A stretch of DNA of 63,253 nucleotides, filler included, from a bacterium (GCA_027063545.1; 10 parts of 10 records of this genome joined end to end with filler, not necessarily neighbours in it); one strand, 5' to 3'. Positions 22,419-32,968 are shown, counted from the first letter of the whole stretch. A program made the numbers and translations. The notes: generated from the letters alone by a model not told the origin.

Positions 22419-23534
22419 ATGAAAGTTTTATGGGATATCCTACTAAATAGAACTTATACTGTTGGCATTGATATAGGATCCAGTATATTAAAGTTGGTTC
22501 AGGTGCTTCATCAAAAAGATAAGGATATTTTAACATATTTAAGTATGAAGGAATTACCAGAAGGTGTAATAGAAGATGGGCAAATAAAAGATAGAGAAAA
22601 GCTATATGAGAATTTGGAAAGTCTAATAAGAGAAGCTGAGGAGTCTATAGGTAAAATAAAGAATGTTGTTTTCACAATAACAAGTTCTGTAAATAAAGGT
22701 ATATTTATAGATAGGGTAGAGGATACTATATCCAAAAAAGAAGATATAACAGAATGGGTAAGTAATATAATCACTCAAAGAAATTATGCCTCTGCAGAGG
22801 AGAATATAACTTTTGATTATAAAATTATAGATAAAGAGGCTTCTCCACAAGATGATACAATGAGAATAAAAGCTATAGTTGTAACAATAAAAGATAGTAT
22901 AGTTCATGGATTTGTGAATGTATTAAAAGATTTAGAAATTAATCCTATGGTTATGGATATAGAGCCGTTAGCTGTTTTTAATGTATGGTATGTACAAAAA
23001 CTTCCGGAAGATTTAAATAAAGCGATAATGATAGTAAATATAGGAGAGGTAAATAGTGAGGCTATACTAGTAAATGGGGGAGAGTTTATAACATCAAGAA
23101 CAATGAGTGCTGGTACAGGAGCTTTTATAAGAGATTTACAGACAAATTTAAAGATATCAAGAGAAGAAGCTATTTCTATATTAAAAGGTGATTTACCTGA
23201 TGGAATAGATGAATCGATCGCTGATGAGGTAGTATTCTATAATGCAGAGGAATTTACAGGAAATATTGATATGACCCTAAGGCATTTTAATAATGAGATT
23301 TTGAAAAAAGAGACAAATGTTCAAAAAATTGTATTAACAGGAGGGGGAGCAACAATATTTAAATTTGATAAATTTGTTGAAAGAAGATTAAAAATACCAA
23401 CACATATATTAAATCCTTTTAATTCTATTGAGATTGATGAGGATTTAGAAATAGATACAGAAGGATTAAAACAAATTTTACCATTGTTTACAACAGTAAT
23501 AGGATTAGGTTTAAGAAGAATAGAAGAGGTATAA
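22419..23534 (+). CDS. pilM: type IV pilus assembly protein PilM
   Basis: GIDIGSS, VNIGE, LTGGGA, ILNPF, IGLGLR; heads a pilMNO order. Confidence 0.9.
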   Translation: MKVLWDILLNRTYTVGIDIGSSILKLVQVLHQKDKDILTYLSMKELPEGVIEDGQIKDREKLYENLESLIREAEESIGKIKNVVFTITSSVNKGIFIDRVEDTISKKEDITEWVSNIITQRNYASAEENITFDYKIIDKEASPQDDTMRIKAIVVTIKDSIVHGFVNVLKDLEINPMVMDIEPLAVFNVWYVQKLPEDLNKAIMIVNIGEVNSEAILVNGGEFITSRTMSAGTGAFIRDLQTNLKISREEAISILKGDLPDGIDESIADEVVFYNAEEFTGNIDMTLRHFNNEILKKETNVQKIVLTGGGATIFKFDKFVERRLKIPTHILNPFNSIEIDEDLEIDTEGLKQILPLFTTVIGLGLRRIEEV

Positions 23535-23540
23535 TATAAA

Positions 23541-24176
23541 ATGGCAAAATCTAATTTATATTTTGAATTAAATTTATTGCCTTCAGAATATGGCGGCGGA
23601 AAAAGGTACAGATGGATTAGGGGAGAGCAGGTTTTAATAGGTGCACTTTCTTTATTATTACTCTTTTTTATTTTTTATTTGAGTTATGAGGATATGAATA
23701 ATAGGATAGAAGAATTGGAATATAATATAAGTATTATAAATGCTCAAATAGAGGCAAATAAGGATATTAATATAAAGATTAAAAAGTTAAAAGAGAAAAA
23801 AGCTAAAATAATGAAAAAAATTAATGCTTTAAAACAGATTGATATAGATAGGGCTAAGTGGGTAAAACTTCTTGAGTTATTTGAAAAATATTTACCTGAT
23901 AATACATGGTTAACACTTTTAAAACAGGAAAAGACAGATTTAAAGAAAATTAGAGTAGAAGGTTTTACATATTCTTTTGATGCTATAGCCCAGTATATAA
24001 CAGAATTAAATTCAGATACATTAGTATCTGATGTAAAATTGAATACAGTACTGCAAACAAAATATAGAAAAGAAGATGTATATAAATTTGTTTTATATGT
24101 AATTTTAAAACAGAAAAAATTAGGACAGTTAGATGGAACTAAATTGGGAAACACTCAAACAGCCAAAAGTAATTAA
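23541..24176 (+). CDS. pilN: PilN
   Basis: ELNLLP N-terminal motif, TM, coiled coil, LPDNTWLT. Confidence 0.88.
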   Translation: MAKSNLYFELNLLPSEYGGGKRYRWIRGEQVLIGALSLLLLFFIFYLSYEDMNNRIEELEYNISIINAQIEANKDINIKIKKLKEKKAKIMKKINALKQIDIDRAKWVKLLELFEKYLPDNTWLTLLKQEKTDLKKIRVEGFTYSFDAIAQYITELNSDTLVSDVKLNTVLQTKYRKEDVYKFVLYVILKQKKLGQLDGTKLGNTQTAKSN

Positions 24177-24717
24177 TTATTTAATTTTGGCTGTTATTTT
24201 GGTGATTTTGTCTTTTATGTATTATAAATTGGTTTATGTACCATTACAAATGAAAATAGCTTCGTTAGAAAAAGAGTTAGAAAAAAAGAGTAAAGAGCTT
24301 GAAACAATCAGAGAAATGAAAAAAAATCTTGTAAATTTACAAAATGAAGTAAAAAAAGCAGAAATTGAATTAGAAAAATTAAAATCAATGTTCCCGGAAA
24401 AGAAAGAGGTTGCTAGATTAATGTTTGATATAACAAAGCTAGCAAAGTTTCATAACATAATGATAGTAAGATTTTTGCCTGTTGGTGATATTACAAAACC
24501 TTACTATATGGAATATAAATATTCTTTAGAAGTTAAAGGTCGTTATCATAATCTTGGGGCATTTTTAGCTGATATGGCAAATTTGACATTGATAATAAAT
24601 ACAGATAAATTAGAGATAAAAGCATTGAATTTCAAGAATGTTGAAGATTTCGAAAATATAAATGAAACATTAAAAGCAAGTATGGAAATAACAACATATT
24701 CATCAAAAAAAGAGTAA
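24133..24717 (+). CDS. pilO: PilO
   Basis: TM, coiled coil, FPEKKEVARL, GRYHNLGAFL. Confidence 0.88.
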   Translation: MELNWETLKQPKVINYLILAVILVILSFMYYKLVYVPLQMKIASLEKELEKKSKELETIREMKKNLVNLQNEVKKAEIELEKLKSMFPEKKEVARLMFDITKLAKFHNIMIVRFLPVGDITKPYYMEYKYSLEVKGRYHNLGAFLADMANLTLIINTDKLEIKALNFKNVEDFENINETLKASMEITTYSSKKE

Positions 24718-24721
24718 GGAT

Positions 24722-26518
24722 ATGAAAAGAATAGTAGTAATTTTTTTAATGTATTTTTTGGTGTTTAATCTTTCAATAAATGGGGGGAGGCTATCATCTA
24801 TAGATATTGAAGAAAATGGTAATGTAGTTGTTAAGGTAAATTATGATTATTCTAAGGATGATATAGATAAATTAACCTATAAGAAGTTAAAAAAGCCTGA
24901 TAGAATATTTATAGATTTTATTGATATTGATACAAATAATATAAAAAATTTTATAAGGAAATTTGAAAATACACAGGTGATAAAAGGTGTAAAATTATGG
25001 TATCACAAAGAGTTATTAGGAAATAAAAATGTATATAGATTTGTTATTGAATATGACAGAGATAAAGTTAAAAATTATAATATTGTGTTTTTAGAAAATA
25101 AGGTGGTATTAACTTTCTATCCTAAGAAAAATATAAAGAGTGAATTTTTTTGGAGTACAAATAAGAATAAAACTTATAATTTAGTAAAAGCAAATAAGAA
25201 AAAAGAATATAATATTTCATTAATAGATATAAGCTACTATAATGTTGGAGATTATCAGGATATAGTTTTTGAATTTAATGGGGATGTTCCTAAGTATGAT
25301 ATATTAAAAAATAATGATTCAGAAATATTATTAAAATTTTATTCAATAAAAAATTCTGTAGCATCTTATTCTAAAATATATCAATTTAAAAATTCAATAT
25401 ATGATATTATTGAATTTTTAGGAGAGGATAATGGAAATATAATGTTTAAGATTTCATTGGCACCTCCTAATACAATTAATAATGTAAATATGTTAAGTAT
25501 AGAAAGAGACAAAAAGCTTATAATAACTGGACAAGGAAAAACAGAAGTTAATGAGTATACATATTTAAACATAAAAAGAATATGGAATAAATTAAAAGAA
25601 AAGTTACCTAGTATAAAAAATATTTCAATAGTAAATGAAGTAAAAGCTCAAGAAATAGAGGATTTAACAAGTATAAAAGAGCCTAAAGTAGAAGAAAAAA
25701 CTGGAGAACAGAAAAAGTATATAGAGATAATAAAGGATTCAATTAACATAAGAAAAGGTCCAGGTATAAATTATGATATTTTAGCTATAGGGTTAAAAGG
25801 GGAAAAATATGAGGTTGTAGGTTTTAAATTAGGATTCTATAAAATTAAGTATAAAGATGGAAGAATTGGTTGGGTATACATGAGTTTATGTAAACCTTTA
25901 TACGAGAGTGAATTGACAGGACCTGAATATATTGTTACAGGCAATAGAGTAAATTTAAGAAGGATTCCATCTTTAAAATCTAAAATTATAAAGAGATTAA
26001 ATAAGAATGATATAGTATACGTTTTAAAAGAAAAAGGTAAATGGGTTAAGGTAAAAACAGAGGATAATACAATAGGGTGGGTATATAAAAAGTTTATTAG
26101 AAATTATAAAGAAGCTCAACTTGAATCTATAAAATTGAATAAAGAAGCAAAATTAGCGAAGGATACAATTGGTTCAATTATATCTTCAAAAAAGAAAAAA
26201 GTAAAGTTTGTTGTTTATTCCAATAGAGATCCATTTTTACCAATTTTAAAAGAAGATTTAAAATTAGAGGGTGGACCAGAGGTTGACAAATTAACATTAG
26301 TGGGTATAATATATGATAAATATGATAAAATAGCATTATTTGAGCTTAAAAAAGGTCCTAAAAGTGAAGGTAAAACGATATTTACAATGAGAGAAGGTGA
26401 TAAAGTAAAAAATGGTAAATTATTTAAAATATATGAGGATAAAGTAGTATTTTTGATTACTTTATTTGGCGTAACAAAAACATATACTTTAAAATTAGAA
26501 AAGGACGATAAAAGATAG
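24722..26518 (+). CDS. AMIN + 2x SH3b + PilP-like multidomain protein
   Basis: KKPDRIFIDF (AMIN-like); INIRKGPG...GWVY and VNLRRIPS...GWVY (SH3b); RDPF...LTLVGII...EGDKV (PilP-like); sits between pilO and pilQ. Confidence 0.7.
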   Translation: MKRIVVIFLMYFLVFNLSINGGRLSSIDIEENGNVVVKVNYDYSKDDIDKLTYKKLKKPDRIFIDFIDIDTNNIKNFIRKFENTQVIKGVKLWYHKELLGNKNVYRFVIEYDRDKVKNYNIVFLENKVVLTFYPKKNIKSEFFWSTNKNKTYNLVKANKKKEYNISLIDISYYNVGDYQDIVFEFNGDVPKYDILKNNDSEILLKFYSIKNSVASYSKIYQFKNSIYDIIEFLGEDNGNIMFKISLAPPNTINNVNMLSIERDKKLIITGQGKTEVNEYTYLNIKRIWNKLKEKLPSIKNISIVNEVKAQEIEDLTSIKEPKVEEKTGEQKKYIEIIKDSINIRKGPGINYDILAIGLKGEKYEVVGFKLGFYKIKYKDGRIGWVYMSLCKPLYESELTGPEYIVTGNRVNLRRIPSLKSKIIKRLNKNDIVYVLKEKGKWVKVKTEDNTIGWVYKKFIRNYKEAQLESIKLNKEAKLAKDTIGSIISSKKKKVKFVVYSNRDPFLPILKEDLKLEGGPEVDKLTLVGIIYDKYDKIALFELKKGPKSEGKTIFTMREGDKVKNGKLFKIYEDKVVFLITLFGVTKTYTLKLEKDDKR

Positions 26519-26536
26519 AATAACGGGAGATATATT

Positions 26537-26712
26537 ATGAATAAAAAGATTTTAATTATATTATTTGCTTTAATCTTTATACTTTCATTCAAAAACTATA
26601 TAAAGGCCCAAAGTAATCCAAATCCACAAGTCCAGAGAGGCTATTATGCAAATAAGCCTATCCCCAAAATAGAGTTTAATAATGCTGATTTACAGTCTGT
26701 TTTAAGGGTTCT
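26537..26712 (+). CDS. pilQ: secretin PilQ N-terminus (truncated)
   Basis: Signal peptide then IEFNNADLQSVLR (N0/STN-like start); position after pilMNO. Confidence 0.65.
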
Positions 26713-26812
26713 NNNNNNNNNNNNNNNNNNNNNNNNNNNNNNNNNNNNNNNNNNNNTTAATTAATTAANNNNNNNNNNNNNNNNNNNNNNNNNNNNNNNN
26801 NNNNNNNNNNNN

Positions 26813-27065
26813 TAAACTCAACAGCATACCTAAACAATTCTACTTTATTACCAAATAATTGAATAGCTATAGGTCTTTCTATTTCCTCAAATTCTAGTAA
26901 TTTTTTTGTTTTTGTATTATTATAAAACAAACCATTTATACTAATCATTTCTGTAAAAACAACATCAGCCCCACACTCCTTTAACAAAATTCTAAAAGAT
27001 TTAATGGAGACCCCTGCCATAGGAGCCCCCATCAAAAGCTGTGCCTTTTTTGAAATCTCCATCAT
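26813..27065 (-). CDS. tRNA-dihydrouridine synthase (N-terminal part)
   Basis: APMAGVS, TEMIS, ERPIAIQLFG. Confidence 0.88.
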
Positions 27066-27078
27066 ATATTAAAATAGA

Positions 27079-28854
27079 CTAGAAATCTTCTACTAATTTA
27101 TCTATTTGACTAATTAGACTATCAAGAATATCTGAAACTTTTTCTTTTGTTGATTCTAAGCTGCCTTCTATTTCAGAAGAAACCATGAAATAAAATTTTA
27201 TCTTTGGTTCTGTACCTGATGGTCTTGCTATAAATTTCAAATTATTTTCCAATTTAAAAATCAAAACATTTGATTTTGGAAGATCAATAGCACCTATTTC
27301 ATTTCCTTCACTATCATAAATCTTTGATTCTAAGATGTCCCATCTCTCAAGTATTTTGTACACACCTATTGTATCATCTTTATATTCTCTTAACCCCTTC
27401 ATTATATTTTGTATTTTTTGAGCCCCTTCAAAACCCTTAAATGTATATGATTTTAACTTTTCTAAGAAAAAGCCATATTTTAAATATAGCTCATTTAATA
27501 AATCTAAAAGTGTCTTATTCTCGCTATAAGCATAAGCTGCTAATTCTGCTGTTAATTGAGTAGCTATTACTGCATCCTTATCTCTAACATAATCCCCAAG
27601 AAGAAAACCATAACTTTCTTCAAAACCAAAAACGAACTTATCATTATTTCCTGCTTCTTCAAACTCCCTTATTTTAGCCCCAATATACTTAAAGCCTGTT
27701 AATACATCTATTGTTTCTACACCAAAAGATTCTGCTATTTTACGTGCCAATTCAGTTGTTACTATAGATTTTATAATTACATGATAACCAGGTCTTAATT
27801 TACCTTGTTTTTGATAATTAGATAATACATAATATACCATTAACGAACCTAATTGATTACCTGTTAATAAATTAAACTCCCCTGTTTTTAAATCTCTAAC
27901 TGCAATTCCTAATCTATCTGCATCTGGATCTGTAGCCATTACTATGTCTGATGCTACCTCTTTAGCTAGTTTTATACCTAAACTTAAAGCTTCTGCTTCT
28001 TCAGGATTTGGATAAGAAACTGTTGGGAAATCACCATTAGGTTCCTTCTGTTCTTCTACTATATGAAGATTCTTTATTCCTAAATTTGATAATACTTTGG
28101 GTACCATTTTTATCCCTGTCCCATGTAATGGTGTATAAACAACATTAAGATTTTCAGCTACAGACTCAACAACTTGCTTATTAACTATTCTATTTTCTAT
28201 TTCCTTAATATAAGCATTATCAACTTCCTCATCTATATAGGTTATTATTCCAGAATTTAAGCCTTCTTCAAAATCTATAATCTTTACATCCTTAAAAAAG
28301 TCTTCTACTTTGTTAACTTCTTCTATTATACCTTTATCATGAGGAGGTATAACCTGAGCTCCATCTTCCCATGATACTTTATATCCATTATACTCTGGAG
28401 GATTATGGCTTGCTGTTATCATTATTCCTGCTTGAGTTTTCAAATATCTTACAGCAAAACTCATCTCTGGAAGAGGTCTTATATCTGAAAATATATATAC
28501 TTTTATTCCATTGGCGGCTAATACTCTAGCGGCTTCTTTAGCAAATACATCAGAGTAATTTCTAGAATCATAAGATATAACAACACCTTTGTCTTTACCA
28601 TTATCTGTATTCTTAAGAATATAGTTAGCAAGTCCTTGAGTGGCTCTTCTAACAGTGTATACATTCATTCTATTCAATCCTGCACCAATTATTCCTCTTA
28701 ATCCACCTGTACCAAACTCTAATCCTTTATAAAACCTATCAATAAGCTCTTTTTCATTATTATCATCTATTAATTTCTTTATCTCTTCTCTAGTTACTGG
28801 ATCAAAAGGCTCTTTTGTCCACTTTAAAGCTTCTTCCATTATCTTTTGGTCCAT
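27079..28854 (-). CDS. phosphoglucomutase/phosphomannomutase
   Basis: FGTGGLRG, TASHNP, DPDADR, GFEESYG, RPSGTEPKIK. Confidence 0.95.
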   Translation of the reverse strand: MDQKIMEEALKWTKEPFDPVTREEIKKLIDDNNEKELIDRFYKGLEFGTGGLRGIIGAGLNRMNVYTVRRATQGLANYILKNTDNGKDKGVVISYDSRNYSDVFAKEAARVLAANGIKVYIFSDIRPLPEMSFAVRYLKTQAGIMITASHNPPEYNGYKVSWEDGAQVIPPHDKGIIEEVNKVEDFFKDVKIIDFEEGLNSGIITYIDEEVDNAYIKEIENRIVNKQVVESVAENLNVVYTPLHGTGIKMVPKVLSNLGIKNLHIVEEQKEPNGDFPTVSYPNPEEAEALSLGIKLAKEVASDIVMATDPDADRLGIAVRDLKTGEFNLLTGNQLGSLMVYYVLSNYQKQGKLRPGYHVIIKSIVTTELARKIAESFGVETIDVLTGFKYIGAKIREFEEAGNNDKFVFGFEESYGFLLGDYVRDKDAVIATQLTAELAAYAYSENKTLLDLLNELYLKYGFFLEKLKSYTFKGFEGAQKIQNIMKGLREYKDDTIGVYKILERWDILESKIYDSEGNEIGAIDLPKSNVLIFKLENNLKFIARPSGTEPKIKFYFMVSSEIEGSLESTKEKVSDILDSLISQIDKLVEDF

Positions 28855-28973
28855 CTTCTACACTCCTTTTATTCTTGTTTTCATTTATTTCTTTATCTAA
28901 ACACTATCTAATTTAATATTTCAATTAATCTGTTTTTTAGTATTTTTCTAGGAATTTAATAGTTAATTAGAGT

Positions 28974-29002
28974 AAAATAATAATAAAATTTAAAAAATTC
29001 AA
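28974..29002 (-). promoter_or_regulatory. sigma70-type promoter for the phosphomutase gene
   Basis: TTGAAT-N17-TATTTT on minus strand. Confidence 0.45.
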
Positions 29003-29097
29003 AGAAAATAATTAAAAATAAAATTAATCATCTTCTTAATACACCAAACCATCTTCAATTATAACATATTTAAAAATAACAAATTACAATAAGATAT

Positions 29098-29124
29098 TAA
29101 AGAAACCCAATTGATAACCGATAA
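29098..29124 (+). promoter_or_regulatory. sigma28 (FliA) promoter of flagellin
   Basis: TAAA-N15-ACCGATAA versus consensus TAAA-N15-GCCGATAA, upstream of flagellin. Confidence 0.85.
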
Positions 29125-29192
29125 TAAAAATGGGATATTGTATAGTTGAGAAAACAAAAAAACTAAAGGAACCCTTAACAAGGAGGTCTAAA

Positions 29193-30011
29193 ATGATTAT
29201 CAACAACAACATTCCATCATTAGGTGCACAAAATGCTTTATATTTCAACACTTACCAAATGCAAAAATCAATTGAAAAGTTATCAACAGGATTAAGAATT
29301 AACAGAGCAAGTGATGATGCTGCAGGACTTGCTGTATCTGAAAACTTAAGAGCTAAAATCCGTGGCTACAAAATGGCTGATAGAAACGCTCAAGATGGTA
29401 TCTCTGCTCTACAAATCGCTGAAGGTTCTCTTAACGAAGTCTCTTCTATTCTCCAAAGAATGAGGGAACTTGCTGTTCAAGCTGCTACTGATACCCTAAC
29501 TGATACTGAAAGAGGTTATCTAAATCAAGAATTCGTTGAACTTAAATCTGAAGTAGATAGAATTATTAATGTTACTGAATTCAATGGTCAAAAACTATTA
29601 GATGGTAGTTTCTCTAACAAAGACTTCCAAGTTGGTGCTAATAACTCAACAAATGATAGACTCACTGTTACTATCTCTGCAATGAGTACTACTTCTTTGG
29701 GTATAGATGACGATACTATTGATACTAAAACTAATGCTCAATCTGCAATAAGCGCCCTTGATGATGCTATTGATAGTGTTAACAACCAAAGAGCAACAAT
29801 AGGGGCTTATGTTAATAGATTGGAACATACAATAGCTAATTTAAAAAATGCTCAATTAAATACACAAGCTGCTGAATCACTCATTAGAGATGTAGATGTA
29901 GGTGAGGAAATGGCTAACTTTACTAAACTTCAAATATTAACCCAAGCAGGTACTTCCATGCTTGCTCAAGCAAATGTTACACCAAGTGCTGTATTGAGAT
30001 TATTTAGATAA
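29193..30011 (+). CDS. fliC: flagellin (272 aa)
   Basis: KLSTGLRINRASDDAAGL, RMRELAVQA, NRLEH, SMLAQAN; start at ATG 29193 after AAGGAGG. Confidence 0.97.
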   Translation: MIINNNIPSLGAQNALYFNTYQMQKSIEKLSTGLRINRASDDAAGLAVSENLRAKIRGYKMADRNAQDGISALQIAEGSLNEVSSILQRMRELAVQAATDTLTDTERGYLNQEFVELKSEVDRIINVTEFNGQKLLDGSFSNKDFQVGANNSTNDRLTVTISAMSTTSLGIDDDTIDTKTNAQSAISALDDAIDSVNNQRATIGAYVNRLEHTIANLKNAQLNTQAAESLIRDVDVGEEMANFTKLQILTQAGTSMLAQANVTPSAVLRLFR

Positions 30012-30042
30012 AAATTTATTTTTTTAATATGAGTTAATATAC

Positions 30043-30070
30043 AGGGGAAGTTTTTACTTCCCCTTTTTTT
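30043..30070 (+). terminator. intrinsic terminator of flagellin
   Basis: AGGGGAAGT-TTTT-ACTTCCCCT followed by a T-run. Confidence 0.85.
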
Positions 30071-30136
30071 ATTTTTTAATTAATTATGGTAAATTTTTTC
30101 TTTTAAATTACTTAAAATTTTCTTATTTTAATATGT

Positions 30137-31102
30137 ATGAGGGAACAGACTAAATTAAGGCTTAACTTTTTTCTAAAAAGTATATCGTTTTTACTATTAG
30201 TAGTATTTAACATCCTTATAATCTATTATATGTCAATTAGATATAAACATAATCTCTTGTCTGCTAAATATGTAGACTACAAATCTGTATCTATTCTAAA
30301 TGATATAGAGGGATTATATAAAAGAATGGATAATATAGAAGTAAACATAAGATTAAAAAGAAGAGAAGGAAAATCAACAGAAGAGTTAGAAAAAGAACTT
30401 ATAAAGATTAAGCAAGCTATTAACGAGTTAAAAAAAGAAAGTGAAAAATCTAATATAAGACTTAAAACATCTGATAAAATCTATTTATTTTTTGATCCTA
30501 TAAATGTTTTGTTATCAATGAGTTTAGTTGTAACTATTATTTGGAGCTTTTTCGTTGTAAAAGGTATGATAGATTATTATAAAATAGTTCTTTTACAAAG
30601 AAAAAATTATTATAGCACCAATAAAAAACAAATGGTTGATAATGCTAATAATGAGGAAGAAAACTCAAATTTAGTTGAGAATAACGATGAAGAAAAATAT
30701 ATAGAAGACAATAATCTAAAAGAAAACTCTTTAAAAACTACTGATAATTTAAAAGTTATAGAAAATTATCATGAGAATAACATATCCCCTGAAGATAATA
30801 TAGAGATATTTGATATTGAATATAATAGAGAAAATTACAAACAAGAAAATTATGAATTAGAAGATGAAACAATTGAGGAAATTATAGATAATTTAAAACA
30901 CGAAGAAATAACCCAACAAACTTCTAAAGAAGAGGAAGAATTAAATAGAATAAAGCAGATATTAGATAATCCAAAAGTTGAAATTATTCTAAATCTTTAT
31001 AAAAATAATGTTCCTATACATGAAATTGCTCAAAAAACATCTTTGTCTATTGATGAAATAGAATTCGTTATAAAAACATCCAGAAGTTTAGGGAAAACAT
31101 AA
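30137..31102 (+). CDS. membrane protein with acidic linker and C-terminal HTH-like motif
   Basis: Two TMs around a coiled coil, Asn/Glu-rich linker, IHEIAQKTSLSIDEIEFVI. Confidence 0.6.
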   Translation: MREQTKLRLNFFLKSISFLLLVVFNILIIYYMSIRYKHNLLSAKYVDYKSVSILNDIEGLYKRMDNIEVNIRLKRREGKSTEELEKELIKIKQAINELKKESEKSNIRLKTSDKIYLFFDPINVLLSMSLVVTIIWSFFVVKGMIDYYKIVLLQRKNYYSTNKKQMVDNANNEEENSNLVENNDEEKYIEDNNLKENSLKTTDNLKVIENYHENNISPEDNIEIFDIEYNRENYKQENYELEDETIEEIIDNLKHEEITQQTSKEEEELNRIKQILDNPKVEIILNLYKNNVPIHEIAQKTSLSIDEIEFVIKTSRSLGKT

Positions 31103-31137
31103 CTTATTATAAATTATTAGAATAAAAAAGTTATCCC

Positions 31138-32697
31138 ATGGATAATAATATAATCTATCTATTACAAAACTTTAATAAGTACCTACCTATAATTGAAAAA
31201 AGTTTAAAATTAAAAAATGCTAATTCATATAAGAATAATAAGTTATCCCAAACAGTAAAAAATGATATTTTCAATTTCATATCGAAAGAACAACTTGACT
31301 TAATAAAAAATATTATGTTAAAAAATACTTCATATATAGAAAATAAAACAAATCTAAACCAAAACTATAATCTTTCTGATAAGCAGCTATTAAAAGATCC
31401 ATTAATCGAGCTTTTAATTTTAAATAATATAATTACTGAAAATAATGAAATATCTTATAACAAATTAAAACAAATTACTCGTGATTTTATATCTTTATTA
31501 TTTTTTTTTGGTAATATTAATTCAAACGAAAATATAAAAAGTGAATATGAAAACTTAAATGGAACTAATTTATTAATAGATAATGAGTTATTAAATAATA
31601 CTCATATTAAAAATTTTATTGATAAAATCTTTTCTTCTTTGGTTAATAAGTTAAATCAAATAAAAAATATTGATAATATTCAAATTTTAAGTTCCTCTTA
31701 TATAGGAACTCTTATACAAAATGGCTCCAATTCTTCTATCTTTATAAACAAACTGGAAGAAGCTATTTTTATTTTATTATCAATGAATTGGCAAAAAGAA
31801 AACCTACATTTAAATTCTAATGATATATCAAGTATAATTGATAAAGCGTTCAATTTGAATAAAAAACATTTCTTAGAAGCTTTAAATTTCTTTAAAGATA
31901 ATAAAACTATAGTTAGCGAATCCTTTTTAAATATATTATATAAATCTCACCAAAAAACTCCCACTTCTATTATGAATATTTTAAAATATAGGTTATTTTT
32001 GGACCATTCTTTTGCTCAAATTCTTTCTAAAGACAAAATAGATACTATCAATAAATTATTTTATAAAATCCAAAATAATATAAATAATCTCCAAAATATA
32101 GATAAAATATTTAAAGATATAGATGTTAATAATAAAGAAATGCTAAAAGCAATAAATTTAATTTCGAAAGAAATACAGAACTATATAAGATTAATATTTA
32201 ATTCTAATAATAATATCAATAATATGAAAGAATTAGAAAATAACTTTTTAAATTATAATGAAATATCTAAAAATATTATTAAATACACTTCTAAACTTCT
32301 TAATTTTAATGAAGTTAAAAACAATTCTAATCTTTTTAATGAATTAAAAAATTTAAGAAATAATGTTATAAATCTATTTAATATTTTAAATTCCAATTAT
32401 TCTATTATTCAAAATTTTTTTATTGAAGATCTAGGAAGTATTCTTTTATTTTATGAAAAGTATAGTAAATCAGATAAAATGTTTAAGAAAGGCTTTATTT
32501 ATAGTTTAACTATAGAGGTTAATACAAACAATATTGGTGATATAAAAGTTAATTTATATAAAGATAAAAAGGATAATTATATTATAAACTTTCATCCTCA
32601 AGAAAAAGAAACAAAAAGTATAATCCAGAAGAATATTAATTTATTTTTTAATAATATAAAGGATAAATTTAAAATAAAAAGTATAGCTATAAGCTGA
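31138..32697 (+). CDS. FliK-like protein
   Basis: Asn-rich low-complexity body; C-terminal IEVNTNNIGDIKVNL; precedes an FlhB-C-like gene. Confidence 0.55.
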   Translation: MDNNIIYLLQNFNKYLPIIEKSLKLKNANSYKNNKLSQTVKNDIFNFISKEQLDLIKNIMLKNTSYIENKTNLNQNYNLSDKQLLKDPLIELLILNNIITENNEISYNKLKQITRDFISLLFFFGNINSNENIKSEYENLNGTNLLIDNELLNNTHIKNFIDKIFSSLVNKLNQIKNIDNIQILSSSYIGTLIQNGSNSSIFINKLEEAIFILLSMNWQKENLHLNSNDISSIIDKAFNLNKKHFLEALNFFKDNKTIVSESFLNILYKSHQKTPTSIMNILKYRLFLDHSFAQILSKDKIDTINKLFYKIQNNINNLQNIDKIFKDIDVNNKEMLKAINLISKEIQNYIRLIFNSNNNINNMKELENNFLNYNEISKNIIKYTSKLLNFNEVKNNSNLFNELKNLRNNVINLFNILNSNYSIIQNFFIEDLGSILLFYEKYSKSDKMFKKGFIYSLTIEVNTNNIGDIKVNLYKDKKDNYIINFHPQEKETKSIIQKNINLFFNNIKDKFKIKSIAIS

Positions 32698-32700
32698 AAA

Positions 32701-32967
32701 ATGAATAATAAAAGGATAAAAAAAGCTGTAGCTTTAAAGTATGAAAAACATAAAATGAAAGCTCCAATAGTTACAGCTAAAGGACAAGGATTTATTGCTC
32801 AAAAAATTGTTGAGATAGCTAAGGATTATAATATCCCAATATATGAAGATGATACATTAGTAAATTTTTTAATAAAACTAGAACTCAATGAAGAGATACC
32901 TGAGGAGTTATACGAAATTATAGCTAAAATATTAGTTTTTATATATAAAATAAATAAGGATAAATAA
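32701..32967 (+). CDS. EscU/YscU/FlhB cytoplasmic-domain-like protein
   Basis: KAVALKY, APIVTAKGQGFIAQKI, EEIPEELYEIIAKIL. Confidence 0.92.
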   Translation: MNNKRIKKAVALKYEKHKMKAPIVTAKGQGFIAQKIVEIAKDYNIPIYEDDTLVNFLIKLELNEEIPEELYEIIAKILVFIYKINKDK

Positions 32968-32968
32968 T

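Noticed and set aside
28855..29192. Riboswitch or sRNA in the long phosphomutase-flagellin intergenic region
   Set aside because: AT-rich with no recognisable aptamer; explained by divergent promoters
29130..29192. Extended N-termini in the ORF track (flagellin from 29130; also 5415, 5630, 17075, 41398)
   Set aside because: Downstream ATGs fit better by RBS, family N-terminus or lack of overlap
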